A stretch of 64,000 nt of DNA from Diplonema japonicum (Eukaryota; Protista; Euglenozoa: Diplonemea): contig OZ025700.1 in assembly GCA_964019335.1 (NCBI GenBank), positions 124,001 to 188,000 of the forward strand, read 5' to 3'. The position numbers and the translations under genes were made by a program. Below, piece after piece: positions 44,705-56,195 of this stretch (within the stretch, counting starts at the first letter, position 1; each line of letters opens with the position of its first letter). The notes beneath the pieces were generated by a model. It ran no database searches and was not told where the DNA came from. It was given only the letters and a program-made list of their open reading frames with translations.

Positions 44705-46400
44705 CTAGAAAGAGGAATTTGTTGGGTGTGAAAGCCCAGGGGGGAGCGCACCAGAGGGATACGTCATACGGGGGAGGAGAAGTGACCCATCGTCCGAATC
44801 TGAGTCGTCCGCGGTGCGCGCAAGGAGGGCAGCGGTAGCAGCGTCGAGAGAACCAGTGACGCCAGCCTGCAGAGAGGTTGCAACACCTTGTTGTTGCTGC
44901 TGTTGCTTGCGAGCTTGGATCTCAAGCTGTCGCAGTTTAACACGTTCTTCAAGCTCTGCGTTCTGCCCTGCCATTTTCCTGAACTCTTCATTCTCGATTA
45001 TCATCATCTCCATCTCTTCAAGGGACTGAGGGAACTGCAAGAACACCGCACTTATGTTGTTCACATTTCGCTCAAACATAGCGAGCCTCAGCTTCAGCTT
45101 CTGTATCTCATCATCTCGCATCGCGATTAGATCGTCTTTCTGCTTCAACTGCGCCTCCAGTGCAGTCAGCCCGGCAATACGCTGTTCCAGGTTCGACATT
45201 TCTGAGGCTAATTCTGTCGTGCTTTGAGCTCTTTTCAGCTCTTCCACAGCCATTTCCATGCGGCCTTGTACCTCGCCCAGAAGCCCGGTGAACTGAAGAA
45301 AGAAATTTTAGTGTTGGAGGAAGAAGAAGAAGAAAAAAAAAAAAAAAAATACCTGCCGCCTCTCATCCAAAAGAATATCCAGTTGTTGCAGCTTCGATTT
45401 CAACGACATGTTCTCACGGGAGAGCAAGTCCAGCTCGTGGTTGGTGCGCGACACCTATTATTCATTGAATTTTGTTGAATTTAAAAAAAAAAGATTTTTT
45501 TTTATAATAATAAAAGTACCTGTTGGACCTGATGCTGAAGCTGTTCTGAAATATCGACGAAGTTCGCCTGCAGCTGTCTGATCTTGCCCTCCCTGCTGTC
45601 GAGCGACTCGCAGAGGGTGCTTGTTTCTTTTCGGTGTTCCCTCCCGCAGATTTGCTCGGCCTTGGTGCGGGAGATTGTTTCCCGCTCCAGGTTGAGGACT
45701 TTCGTTTTGTAGCGCTCTAGAATGGTGTTCATGCGCGAGATATCTTGCATGAGCTTCAGCTTGTCCGCACTGAGCTCTTGTACGGAGGCATCTCGTTGGG
45801 AGAGATCGTTTTGTAGCTGGTTGATATTTGTCATGAGGTGTTCGATGTTGTGTTGCATCTCAGTGTGGGAATTTGTGGTGTCGATGCGTTGGTTTTGCAT
45901 TGTTTCCTTCATCTTTTGGATTCTGTGCTTGAGGAGAGCGTTTTGCTTTACGATGATCTGGCATTCGTTGGCCTGGTCTTCATGCCGTCTTAGCTGTCTC
46001 TGAGCCTCGTTCAGTTCTTGTTTCAATTTTTCGTTGTCCTCCCTCATCTGGTCCACCACTATGCTGTATTGTTTCTCCTTCGAAACAGAACCTTCCCCTG
46101 CGTCGCCCAGATCAAACAGTCCCTTTGGTTTGTCGCCGATCTCTTCCGGACCAGCTCCGCCCGACTGTTGCATGTTGTTCCAGACATAGTCGCCCAGGCT
46201 GTTCTTCAGTTCGATGTACTTCTCCTCCGCTTGCGACAGGGATTTTTTAAGCATTTCGATCTCTTCCTGAAGAGACATTTCCCGCTCCTTTAAAGCGTTC
46301 TTCTCCTTCAGCACCTGGCAGATGTGGTGTGCTCTCTTGATATCAATATCCTTCTGAGGCCCGATCTCGTGAAGCATCGTGGAAAGCCTTTCGATTTCCT

Positions 46401-46433
<33 letters not shown>

Positions 46434-47924
46434 CCCCTTCATATACCTGCTTGCTGTTTTGGAGATCTTCAGTGGCCGATTTTAACTTGTCTTTCCAGTA
46501 TTTCGTGACTTTTTCAATGTCGTTGCCCATGCCGGTCTGTGGGTTGTCAATAAAATCGTTCGAAAAAAAGAGCATACCCCCTTTGTGTTGTTCGAAAGTG
46601 CCTCATTGAGGGCCATCTGCAGGCTCTCGTTCTCCATCATCAGCGATTCCACTGATGCGTCGAGACCGCCGGGCAACGGCGCCACTTCGTTCGCTTCCAG
46701 CATTCCCGCGGCGTCCGGCGCGGTGCCCACCAGCTCCGTCAGAGCTTGTTTGTACATTCCTTCGAAGTCCGCCATGTCCGCCGCGCCAGCTCCGTGGTCT
46801 CTCTGCCTGAACTTCTCTCTGAATAAAATCCCGATCCTCTGCCTGAAGATCGTTCCCACTGATTGGATGTACTTAATCTTCTTCTTCAGATGCTCGACTT
46901 CCTGTTGTGCACTCAGGTGCTCCTCGTCCTGTTCTACGCCTTGCACCATGTCCGTCGCCTCTTCGGTGTTCGCTTTCAAGTACGACACGCTCTCCCACAC
47001 TCGGATGTTGTGGCCTTCGTCGTTGACGACCCACACCTTGGTGACTTCTTTTTTATGTGAGACAAAGGCATTCCTCCCTGTGAGGGGCGCCGTGGTGGGG
47101 AGGGTTTGGAGAGCGGTGTGGGTTCTGCTACAGAAAACGGTGCATGTGTGCTGGTCGCATATGGACCACACGCGGGCTTCTGTGGGGAGGTACAGGAGTT
47201 GAAGGATGTTTCGGCCCTGATGCAGGGCACGGATGGCCGTGAGCGGGTCCGTGGGGTGCCCCGTGTTGAAGATCACAATGCCGCGGTCAGTGGCAGACCA
47301 CAACTGGTCCTGCTTGGGGACATAGACTAGAGACTTGCTTCCACCTTCACAACAATACTCCCACTTCCCATCGGCGTTCCATATCCTGACGTGCCCTCTG
47401 CTGCCCGAGTAAAGCTGCAGCTTCGATGTGTTGCTGTTGTGCGCTATGGTCTGCACGAGGTCGCCTGGGATGGGCCCGAAGAGGATCCGTGTCACGCAGA
47501 ACCGTGAAGCGTCCCATTCTACAATGTCCTTTGACGTGGCGACTGAGTAGACTCTGTCGTCAAGAACAGCCATGCTGACGATGGGGAGGGTGTCGTTGCT
47601 GTTCTGCAGCACGGTGAGGAAGGTGCCCGTGTGGTCGTACACGCTGATCATGCCGTTCTCCCTCCCGACCCACACCTTGTTCTGGACTACGGTGATGCAG
47701 CTAGGGTGCACTCCGTCGATCTTAGCAATCACATCACATGTGTCGCAGTTCCTCAAGATGATGGCCCCTGTTGTGCTCGACGTCCACACTGTTGGCTCGT
47801 CACCCTTCTCCCCCATCACAGTAGCGAACATAGGCGCGCATGGGACGGCTGAGGTGTGGTTGACCACCTCCGTGACCTCAGGGACTTTGGGCCTGTCATT
47901 CAACCCGTCATGCGTGGCATCCAT
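44705..47924 (-). CDS. Beta-propeller (WD40-like) + long coiled-coil protein (5 exons)
   Basis: Propeller-like strands (VWVG..NG.ISVYD, IVEWD, VRIWN). Introns 46537-46577, 46399-46446, 45455-45519 and 45293-45352 give one open frame. Confidence 0.8.
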
Positions 47925-48094
47925 TCCTTGTTGCCCTGTCTATGGGTGCAGAAAGAAAATAAAAATTGGGGGAAGCAAAAAAAGAGACATTTCGATCAAG
48001 TTAAAAGAGAAGTAGAGATTTTACCCCGTTGACGCCTTTATCTCAGCCCGGGGAGCGACCAATACATAAAAAAGGAGGTTAAAGTCTTATTGTT

Positions 48095-49312
48095 CTATCC
48101 GTGTTTCGTTGTTGCTTTTTCGGCGCGGGTTTTCTCGTCGATCGCTTGCAGCTCCAAGACGCAGGACTCCTCCAGCATTTCCAGGCCCAGATCGGCCACC
48201 ACAGCTTGCAAGGTCAGCCGTTTCAAGTCCAGCTTGCGGACGGTGTCCCTAGTGGATTCGATCAGCTCTGCGAAACCGTCGAAAGAGTTAAACGCAAGCA
48301 CCTCAGCAGTGTTGTTGATCATGATGAGAAACATCACAGCAAGGGGTGCGTTGAGGGAGGGCGTTAAGAGGGATTTGATGACAACAGCAGCCTGACTCCG
48401 AACCGCACAGGGTTGTATTTCAAGAATGCATATTTCAGGCCAACAATGGGGCCAGCCTTTCGAACCGAGCACGGAGAGGAAGGTTGCAAACCCGCTGTCT
48501 GTCGGTAGTGACAGGCCCTCCGAAATCTTTTTACACCAACACGCGGCCATGTACAGCTGCAGGCCTGTATCTAAACGCATCCCGTTGATGAAGTAGTACT
48601 TTGTGCCACGTGATAGGATCCCTGTTGGCTTGCCCCGCCCATTCGTCCCGTCCATTAGCATGTTGTATTTGATCTTCAGCTCTTCCAGTTCATCTCGTGG
48701 CCCTTTTTGTTCCCCATCGTCGCTGAAGGACACCTTGTTTACGTTCTCCCACCGGATCGTCATTTCCACTTCCTCCCATTTAATTGCTGATTCGATAGCG
48801 GTGAGGTCCTCAGTGGATTTGCTTTGAACGGTGATGTCTCCTATTGGGGTTGATAGGTGGGTGGAAACCAACCTTGTGCCAATAGGGGTTTGCTTGGCCG
48901 TCCGTACGTGTCTTACATATTCATCTTCAGGGGTCGAGATCTTCATGACTTTTATAAGTGGTGGTAGGTCTGCAGTTGTCTCTGTTGTGGACACCTTTGT
49001 GATCTTTACCTTCTCGAAGATTTCCTTCCAGCATGGGTCCATTGTAGGGAGTCGCTGTTGGACCCTTCCTGCTACATCTTCTACAGTGAGCATTTCGTTG
49101 GACACCCTGGTGTTGAGTGCGTCGTCGTTTTCAATGAGTTTTTGCCATTTCCCGCTGCATTTCACCGCTTTCTTCAACCCCCATCTGGGGAGGTATCTAA
49201 ACACCTCTAGGAACATGGTATCGTCTAACGGCTTGAGGCGCTTGACAGCTTTCTTTTCCTCGTTTAACAAGTCTTTCAAACGGGATCTCAACACGGTCAG
49301 GTCCGCCGCCAT
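48095..49312 (-). CDS. F-box-like domain protein
   Basis: LDDTMFLEVFRYLP...L.....CSGKWQKLI fits the F-box consensus. ATG at 49312. Confidence 0.7.
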   Translation of the reverse strand: MAADLTVLRSRLKDLLNEEKKAVKRLKPLDDTMFLEVFRYLPRWGLKKAVKCSGKWQKLIENDDALNTRVSNEMLTVEDVAGRVQQRLPTMDPCWKEIFEKVKITKVSTTETTADLPPLIKVMKISTPEDEYVRHVRTAKQTPIGTRLVSTHLSTPIGDITVQSKSTEDLTAIESAIKWEEVEMTIRWENVNKVSFSDDGEQKGPRDELEELKIKYNMLMDGTNGRGKPTGILSRGTKYYFINGMRLDTGLQLYMAACWCKKISEGLSLPTDSGFATFLSVLGSKGWPHCWPEICILEIQPCAVRSQAAVVIKSLLTPSLNAPLAVMFLIMINNTAEVLAFNSFDGFAELIESTRDTVRKLDLKRLTLQAVVADLGLEMLEESCVLELQAIDEKTRAEKATTKHG

Positions 49313-49484
49313 CTTCCCCACCCCCCACCACCCCCCCCAAAGCGTCGTAGCGGTAATATGCGCATTTTTTGATTATGGGGAAGAAAAGAAAAAAAAACGG
49401 CCAGCAGAAAGAAAAAAAATATATATATAATTGTTTACACACTTTTCTTTTTTTTTTTAAAAAAAAAAAACCTTTCCTGTTCAT

Positions 49485-50642
49485 TTAAACCTTTTTCTTC
49501 ACGTTTCGCGGACGGAAGCTCAGTGCGGATGCCACCTTCGGTTTGGGTTTGTCCTCTTTAGGCGGCAACCCTTCGGCAGGGGGGGTTTTCTTCTCCTGTT
49601 CTTTTTGCACGGGTGGCTTGGGTGTTTCTGAAATGGCCGACATTTGTTGTTTCAACTGTTCGGTGACGGGGTCGGCTGAATGGGTGGCGTTGGCTTTCGT
49701 CCACGACCGGGTGTTTCCATGTGCCTTTGTTTGCTGCCATTGTTCAAAACCTTGATTAGAGGGCGTCACCGTGACCTCCTTGCCGTTGACGACCATTCCA
49801 GACAGTTTCAACGCTTTACGTGCGGCTTCTTCGGTGGCAAACTCCACGATGGCACCACGTTTGCTGGACGTGAAAGCGAAGTGATCTATAGGACCGCATT
49901 CAAGGAGAGGGGTTTCCAGGGCCTCTCTTGCGGTGGTTTGTAGGAAGCCTTTGAGAAACAGTGTTCTGGGGTGTGAGGTCCCGTCGCCTGCTGACCACGA
50001 TGACGTGGCTATGGCAGTGGGGCGGTCGGAGACGAGAGATCGGGGTTCTACCTTAAGGATGTTTCCGAGGAATGTTTCACCGTTAGACGCCAATGCTTTG
50101 GCTGCGTCCTCCGCGCTGTTCATCTCGATGAATGCAGCACCTCGGGAGACATTCTTCCTCATTTGAATATCGACACGCGATACTGCACCCAGTTTTGCGA
50201 ATAGTGAAGTGAGCTCTTCAGATTCGACGGTTTTTGGGATGTTTGTCACGTAAACAGTGCGTTTTGCTTTTTCAATGTCTAGGGGTTTTTTGGCCGCGGG
50301 TGTTTGTTGTTGTTTTTGTTTTTTCGGGGCCGTTTCGGGTTGTTCGTCTTCGTCGGTCGAGTCATTGTCGATGTCGCAACCAAACATGCCGCCTTTGCTG
50401 CGCTTCTTGTCAGATTGCTGGTGGGCCGCCTTCCGCTTTTTTGCGCTCTGTTTCTCCAGCATCTTCACCATCTTCCCGTCCACCGGTTTTGAAACGTCAG
50501 CTGCCTCGTCCTTCGTCCCAAGCTTTCTAAGATACCCCGCATGGTTTCGACTGTCAACAGCCATTTGATTCACCGAATCATAATCCACTGCTACAACCTC
50601 GCTTGTGTCCCGTTTCTTCTCGGTTGGGGTTTTACCCGACAT
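49485..50642 (-). CDS. RNA-binding protein with two RRMs
   Basis: RNP2/RNP1 motifs TVYVTNI...RGAAFIEM and TLFLKGF...GAIVEF, plus basic NLS-like stretches. Confidence 0.9.
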   Translation of the reverse strand: MSGKTPTEKKRDTSEVVAVDYDSVNQMAVDSRNHAGYLRKLGTKDEAADVSKPVDGKMVKMLEKQSAKKRKAAHQQSDKKRSKGGMFGCDIDNDSTDEDEQPETAPKKQKQQQTPAAKKPLDIEKAKRTVYVTNIPKTVESEELTSLFAKLGAVSRVDIQMRKNVSRGAAFIEMNSAEDAAKALASNGETFLGNILKVEPRSLVSDRPTAIATSSWSAGDGTSHPRTLFLKGFLQTTAREALETPLLECGPIDHFAFTSSKRGAIVEFATEEAARKALKLSGMVVNGKEVTVTPSNQGFEQWQQTKAHGNTRSWTKANATHSADPVTEQLKQQMSAISETPKPPVQKEQEKKTPPAEGLPPKEDKPKPKVASALSFRPRNVKKKV

Positions 50643-50768
50643 TTTTTTTTTTTTTTTTTTTTTTTTTGCTTTTTTTTAAATTGAGTTAAAATCGTTGGGT
50701 GGGGGGGGAAAAAAATTTTTTTTTAGGGTAAAACTTTTATTTAACATAAAAAAGGGGGGGGGGGTGCG

Positions 50769-51143
50769 CTACAACGCTTTAAATAACAGAATCGCCACGT
50801 TTCCTCCAAAATACATGTACATTAGGTGCTTCAGCTCATATGTAATTTCGAAGCCGAACCCCTCTCCGATCACGCAGTGCCACGGGTGGCCGAATTTTTT
50901 GTCCATTACGTCCTTAATGAACTTCGCGGCGGCCTAGAAAAAAAAGGAAAGGTGGGGGGAAAAAGATTTTTTTTTTTTCATTTATACCTCATATTTATCG
51001 GGGTCCGGATTTTTCTCTAGCGCTGTCACCACCGTGTCCTTTGCTTCCGCCCTCATTTCTTCCGGCATATCTGTCAACTTCACCAACCCATAGTTACACG
51101 TGGCAAGATGACTTTTGTCCGTTTTACACGGTTGTATACTCAT
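50769..51143 (-). CDS. DNAL4: Axonemal dynein light chain 4 (LC8 family; 2 exons; absent from the ORF track)
   Basis: Intron 50934-50987. Spliced protein: ...DMPEEMRAE...VVTALEK...YE|AAAKFIKDVMDKKFGHPWHCVIGEGFGFEITYELKHLMYMYFGGNVAILLFKAL*. Confidence 0.93.
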
Positions 51144-51203
51144 GTTTTTTTTTTTTTTTTTTGTCCTTTTCTTTTTCTCTTTTGTTCCCCATTGGTTTGA
51201 ACT

Positions 51204-51247
<44 letters not shown>

Positions 51248-51655
51248 AAGAAATCTTCTAAAAGAGGAGGACAGAGGCCCCAAATACATGAAAAAAAAAG
51301 GGGGAAATGGGATGTTTCCCTTTCTTTTTCTTTTTTTTTCCTTTTTTCTTTTCCTCTTTTTTTTTTTAACACATCAATAAGAAAAAATGAAAAACTTTGC
51401 ATTATCTTTTTTTTTCCTTCTTTTTTTTTTTTGGAGGTTTTTTTTAATTCTTTTTTCATTTTTTTTTCTTAAAAAAAAGGTGCAACAACAACAACAACAA
51501 CAAAAAAAAAAAAAAAAAAAAAAAAAAGATCTAAAAAAAAAGGCCATTTACAAAGAAAAGAAAAGAAAAAAAAAGTCTATATAGTGGAGTCTACAAAAAA
51601 AAAAATAAAAAAAGCACGTGGAACAAGGGAGTGGTTTGGATTTTTCTTTTTCTTT

Positions 51656-52962
51656 TTATTCGCTGGACTCATAGTCGCTGTCAGTACGGTACTGGAGCCT
51701 GGATAGGTAGTTTTGCATAATGAGTTTCGACTTCCGGGCGTTGGGCTCCCTGCACACACGGCCGTCCTCTTTGAAAGGCGAAGGGATGTTGTAAGCGGCT
51801 TGCATGGTGTGCACTGAGTTGGCCGTTGTATCAGCGTTGCTGATCCTCGGCTGAGGGGTAGGGAGGTTCTGCGCCCACACAGCAGTCTTGTTAATCGGCG
51901 ACTTAGGAGGGACTGCCGCAAGCAACGAACCAGTAATGTGGTTCGTGTGTTCAGGAGAGGGCGCCTTCATTTCATCATCGCTGTCGTCCTCTTCCACCCT
52001 GCTCTTTCTGTACTTCTTCCCTTTGGGGAAGAGCGGTCGGTCTGCCACCTTACAATCCACCGCCATGGCACCCATGACAGGGGCCCGCTCAACACCCATC
52101 TCAACGTCCATCCTCTCAGGTATTAAAAACGCGGAATTTTGAACGGACGGGTTCATCTCTCTGAGATTGTTCGTGCCGAGCGATACGAGAAGCTCCTCCT
52201 CCTCGTGCAGGCGTTGCATGATCCTTTTAATAAGAACAGGTTTTGTGCCGGACACTGCAGGGAGGGGGGGGGGGGGGGGGGGGATCGATTTTGAAGGGGA
52301 AAAAAAAAAATTTTTTTTTATACCTTGCATTTTCTGAACCTTAAGGTAAGCCTTCAGCCTATCGACGGTGAGGGACTCCAGCCTGCCTTCTTTCCAAATC
52401 CTGCGGACATCGTCCTTAGTCATGGTTCCGTTTGCTGTGTGGCCTACTTGGGCGGGGACACGGGGAAGGCGTTTTGCACGGTGGACGAGGGGCTCCTTTG
52501 TGTGTAGTTCTTGTTCTTCGCCTTCCTCCTCAGACGATGTGAAAGAGTAGTCCACTTCTGTGTTGTGTGTGGAACGGTGTGCGTGGTAGTGTGGGATTTC
52601 GGATTCAAGTTCTTCCTCACGAAGGGCAGGCTGGCGGTTCTTGTTTCTCCTTGGTACGAATACGGATTCGTTCTCTTCTTGGCCTTCCTCCTCCTGCTGC
52701 TGCTGCTTATGGCACATTTCGATCGCTGCAGCAGCCCTCCTCTCCATCTTCTTCCACATGGGGCCCCATACGTCTATATGTTCGATGACGCAGTTATCCT
52801 GTTTGTTTCGTTTTTTTTTTTTTTTTTTTTTTTTTTTTCCCCTTTCTTTCTATTCAATACCCTGTTTTCTTCCAATATCATGCTCACTGCTAGCATGTTG
52901 TCCAGCAGCTCAGCGATGGGGTTCTCCTCCGGGGCTTCCGATTGGTGGATCCTTCGCATCAT
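51656..52962 (-). CDS. SAP-domain protein (3 exons)
   Basis: Introns 52799-52860 and 52255-52323. Spliced LESLTVDRLKAYLKVQKMQVSGTKPVLIKRI is a SAP motif. Confidence 0.8.
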
Positions 52963-53251
52963 TATTACTTTTTTTTCTTCTTTCTTTTCCTCCCCCCTTT
53001 TTATTTTTTTTTTATTTTTTCCCTCTTCTTTACTTTCTTTTCTTCTCCTCTCGTAGGCAATCCTCCCCACAAGCCATGGAACAGTATCGCAAGAAAATGT
53101 AGGTTTTGACCCCCCCCCAAAAAAAGCAGGTGTACAAAAAGAATTGAGAGGAGACAGGAATACAGCATATCTAGGGGGAGAGAAGGGAAAAAAAGGGAGG
53201 GTATCTACAAATTAAGTACCTACGGCTTTTCAGCTGCAAGCCATTACTCCT

Positions 53252-53391
53252 TTATCCAAGAGCAACGGCCATCCGCCTGCGGAGTCCGAGGGGGATACCG
53301 AAGGAGCTGAGGTCCGTCTCTGTGAGGGTTAGAAGGGACGCGAGGTCCGTGACGTTGTGTTTTGTGAGGTAATCGATGACCTGAAAGTGCC

Positions 53392-53434
<43 letters not shown>

Positions 53435-54999
53435 GAAATCTCTCCCCATACCTCCCGTTGTTCCCTACCGATAATGCCGATGCCCTCCAACCAAGATCGG
53501 ACAACAGAGCTTGGGTGTGCGACGCCCCACATCGGCCGTGGGGGGCTGATATCTCTCGCATTTCTCGGGATATATGTAGGTGTTGTTGTTGTCGGTTGCA
53601 AAGCAGCTCCTGCCGACGGCGCAACAGGTTGTGGATGAACCGCAACATGCTGCCGCACCGGCTCAACTTCAACAACCGGTGTCAAGTCCAACGGGAGAAG
53701 CGCAACAGTATCAGCCTTCCTGTCGGACCGCCAAACTGAAGACATCGGCGATGTCGATGCAGGGAGGTGCCGGATGTTCCTCGACTGGTTCGACTGGTTG
53801 AGGTCAGGCGGAGGCGGTATCTTTCTATGCGATCTGGCTTCCTTTACCTCGATCTGCGGCACTGAAGAAGCGGGTGCCGAAGGCGGAGCTTCAACGGGTA
53901 ATGCATGTTGCACAGGGCCCCCACTATCAGGCACCATTGGAGCAAACTCCGCATCAGCACGGCCGAAGCCTATCTTAAGCCGCACCCACGAAGAAGAAGC
54001 TTTGCTGACGGCTGTCTGCACGCTGGTCCCGTCGCTCTTCGAACGAGGCGTCAGTCTGCTCCGCATTTCCTTATCGCACGCTACCCACATGTCCAGCCCG
54101 CCCCTTTGCAGGAGGTGCCCCACTTCGACATCAACACTCCCTATAGGCCCGTTCGTGGTGCAGAGCCTGGTGTGGAGGTAAGTGTCATCAAGACCTGACA
54201 GCGCCATGCCAGGCGGGACGGTCAAGGACAACAACTCGTTCCAGGTGGGGTTTTTCCCTTTCCATAAGGATGTTTCTTTGGTTTCGCCTTGATACGTGAT
54301 CTGCACCTTAGAAGACACCGCTTCAGGAAGCCCGGAGGCCTCGACCACAGTGACCTCAACGGCGCGAATGGGCTTTTCCTCGTCGGTTTTGAAACGGGTG
54401 ATGCCGCTCTGCCGAAGAGGCGAACCTCGAAGGGATCTTCTAGGGGATGGGACATGGCTGCTCACAGCGCCGCCAGATGAACTGTGCCGGGACCTTGCAG
54501 GGGAAGGGTTCGGGTTGGAAGAAGGGAAGTCCGGGTAAATGACGATTTTAACACCGGGGGAAATTTCCCTTGGGAGCTTTTCAGGGGGCAGTGATGGGAC
54601 GGCTGGGACAATGAGGAGGTCGACGGTGTGGGTTTGGCCCGGTGCAACGTGGACGAGGCAGGAGAGTGCAACGTGTGCCTTGGCGAGCACGACTTCGGTT
54701 TCAGTTACAAGTTCGAACTCTAGCTTTCCCTTTATGAGGTCGAAGACGGGGGGTGCTTCGAAAATCATTTTGGCGTCGTACTGCGTGCGTCTCTCCTTTC
54801 TCCCGATCACCTTCCATTCCGTTTCGCAGCATTTGTCGCCTTTCCTCCTCACCCTCAATGCCAGCCTCGCCGCCTCGTCCCCTCCGACGCTTCCTTTACC
54901 GCTGGACGTTTTCCCCGCCGCCACTGCTAGGTTTCTCCCTTCCACCACATGTATCAGCAGTTCACCCTTTACTAGATTAGTTCCCCACTCTTCTGCCAT
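53252..54999 (-). CDS. Two C2 domains + C-terminal SAM-like domain protein (2 exons)
   Basis: LIHVVEGRNL and VTVVEASGL...NPTWNE mark the C2 domains. Intron 53381-53451 joins VRSWLEGIG...LLTLTETDLSSFGIPLGLRRRM (SAM). Confidence 0.85.
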
Positions 55000-56003
55000 T
55001 TTTCTTCTTATTGCATTTTTTTTTTTTGTTTCCTCCCCCCTTTTTTTTTTGATTGGGGATATTGAAGAGGGGAAAAAAAAAGATTTTCATTTTTTTTTTT
55101 TTTCCTCTTTCAAACGTGAGGGGAGGGGGAATGGGGAACAGTTCACTATCCCACCAAAAAAAAAAAAAAAAAAAAATAATAATAAAGAAGAAGAAAAAGA
55201 GAATGAGTGAGCAGGAAGGAGAAGGGGGAAACAGTTATATTTGCCTCGCCCCCCCCCCCCCCCCCTCCCCCCTCTCTCTCCCCTTTGTAAAAACGGGGGG
55301 TACAAAGGTGAAACCTCACAGGACAAAAGCTTAAGAAAGGAGATTTTTCTTTTTTTCGTATCTTTAAAAAAAAAAAAAAAAAAAAAGAAAAGAACGGGGC
55401 GAAGCACTCGCTGCGTCAGCTGAAGCCGAAGAGAAGGAAGGAAAAAAAATAATCAAAACTGGAAACGGTCTCTGATGAATGCAAAAAGCATTCTAATTTT
55501 ATTTTTTTCTCCCCCCAGCCGAGTTTTTCTTTTCCTTTTCTTTTTTTTTTTTTTTTTTTTTTTCCCCTTTTAATTTTCTTTTTTTTTTCTTCTTATTCTT
55601 TTTTTGACAATGGTAGAAATTACGTAGTTAGGAACACAAAAAAAAAGGGAAACTGAAAATAACCGAAGGCGAAACATAGAATAACTGTTTCTCTTTTATT
55701 TATTCTTTTCTTTTCTCTCTCTCCCCCCCCCCCCCCCCCGTAGACCGGATATCTCGCTAGAAAGAAATAATCACTCAGGGAGAAGCGTTAACACGAGAGG
55801 GAGGGTCTAAGGCGAGATAAGGAATTCCATACCATGAGGCTGGTTTGCCTTCCCTGACCTTTTTTTTTTTTTTTCCCCTCTCTCTTTTCCCCCCTCTATC
55901 AATTCTCCTGTCTTTTTTCGATATAAACAAAAAAAAAAATTCTATACATAAAGTAAAAAAAAAATTCATCTTTCCTCAAGAAAGAGCGGAGAAACAACAG
56001 CAT

Positions 56004-56034
<31 letters not shown>

Positions 56035-56133
56035 GGGGACGCCACACGTCATTCAGCAAATTAAGCGAACGAAGAAGTACACAGGACTGAAAGCGTGCCT
56101 GCGACACGTAGAAAGGTAGTGGGGTAGAAAATG

Positions 56134-56169
<36 letters not shown>

Positions 56170-56195
56170 CAATTATATCGCACTACTATTATATG

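Noticed and set aside
36969-51143. Apparent ciliary gene cluster (tubulin, PDE6D, DNAL4)
   Set aside because: Interspersed with unrelated genes, and flagellar genes are common enough in a flagellate for chance proximity.
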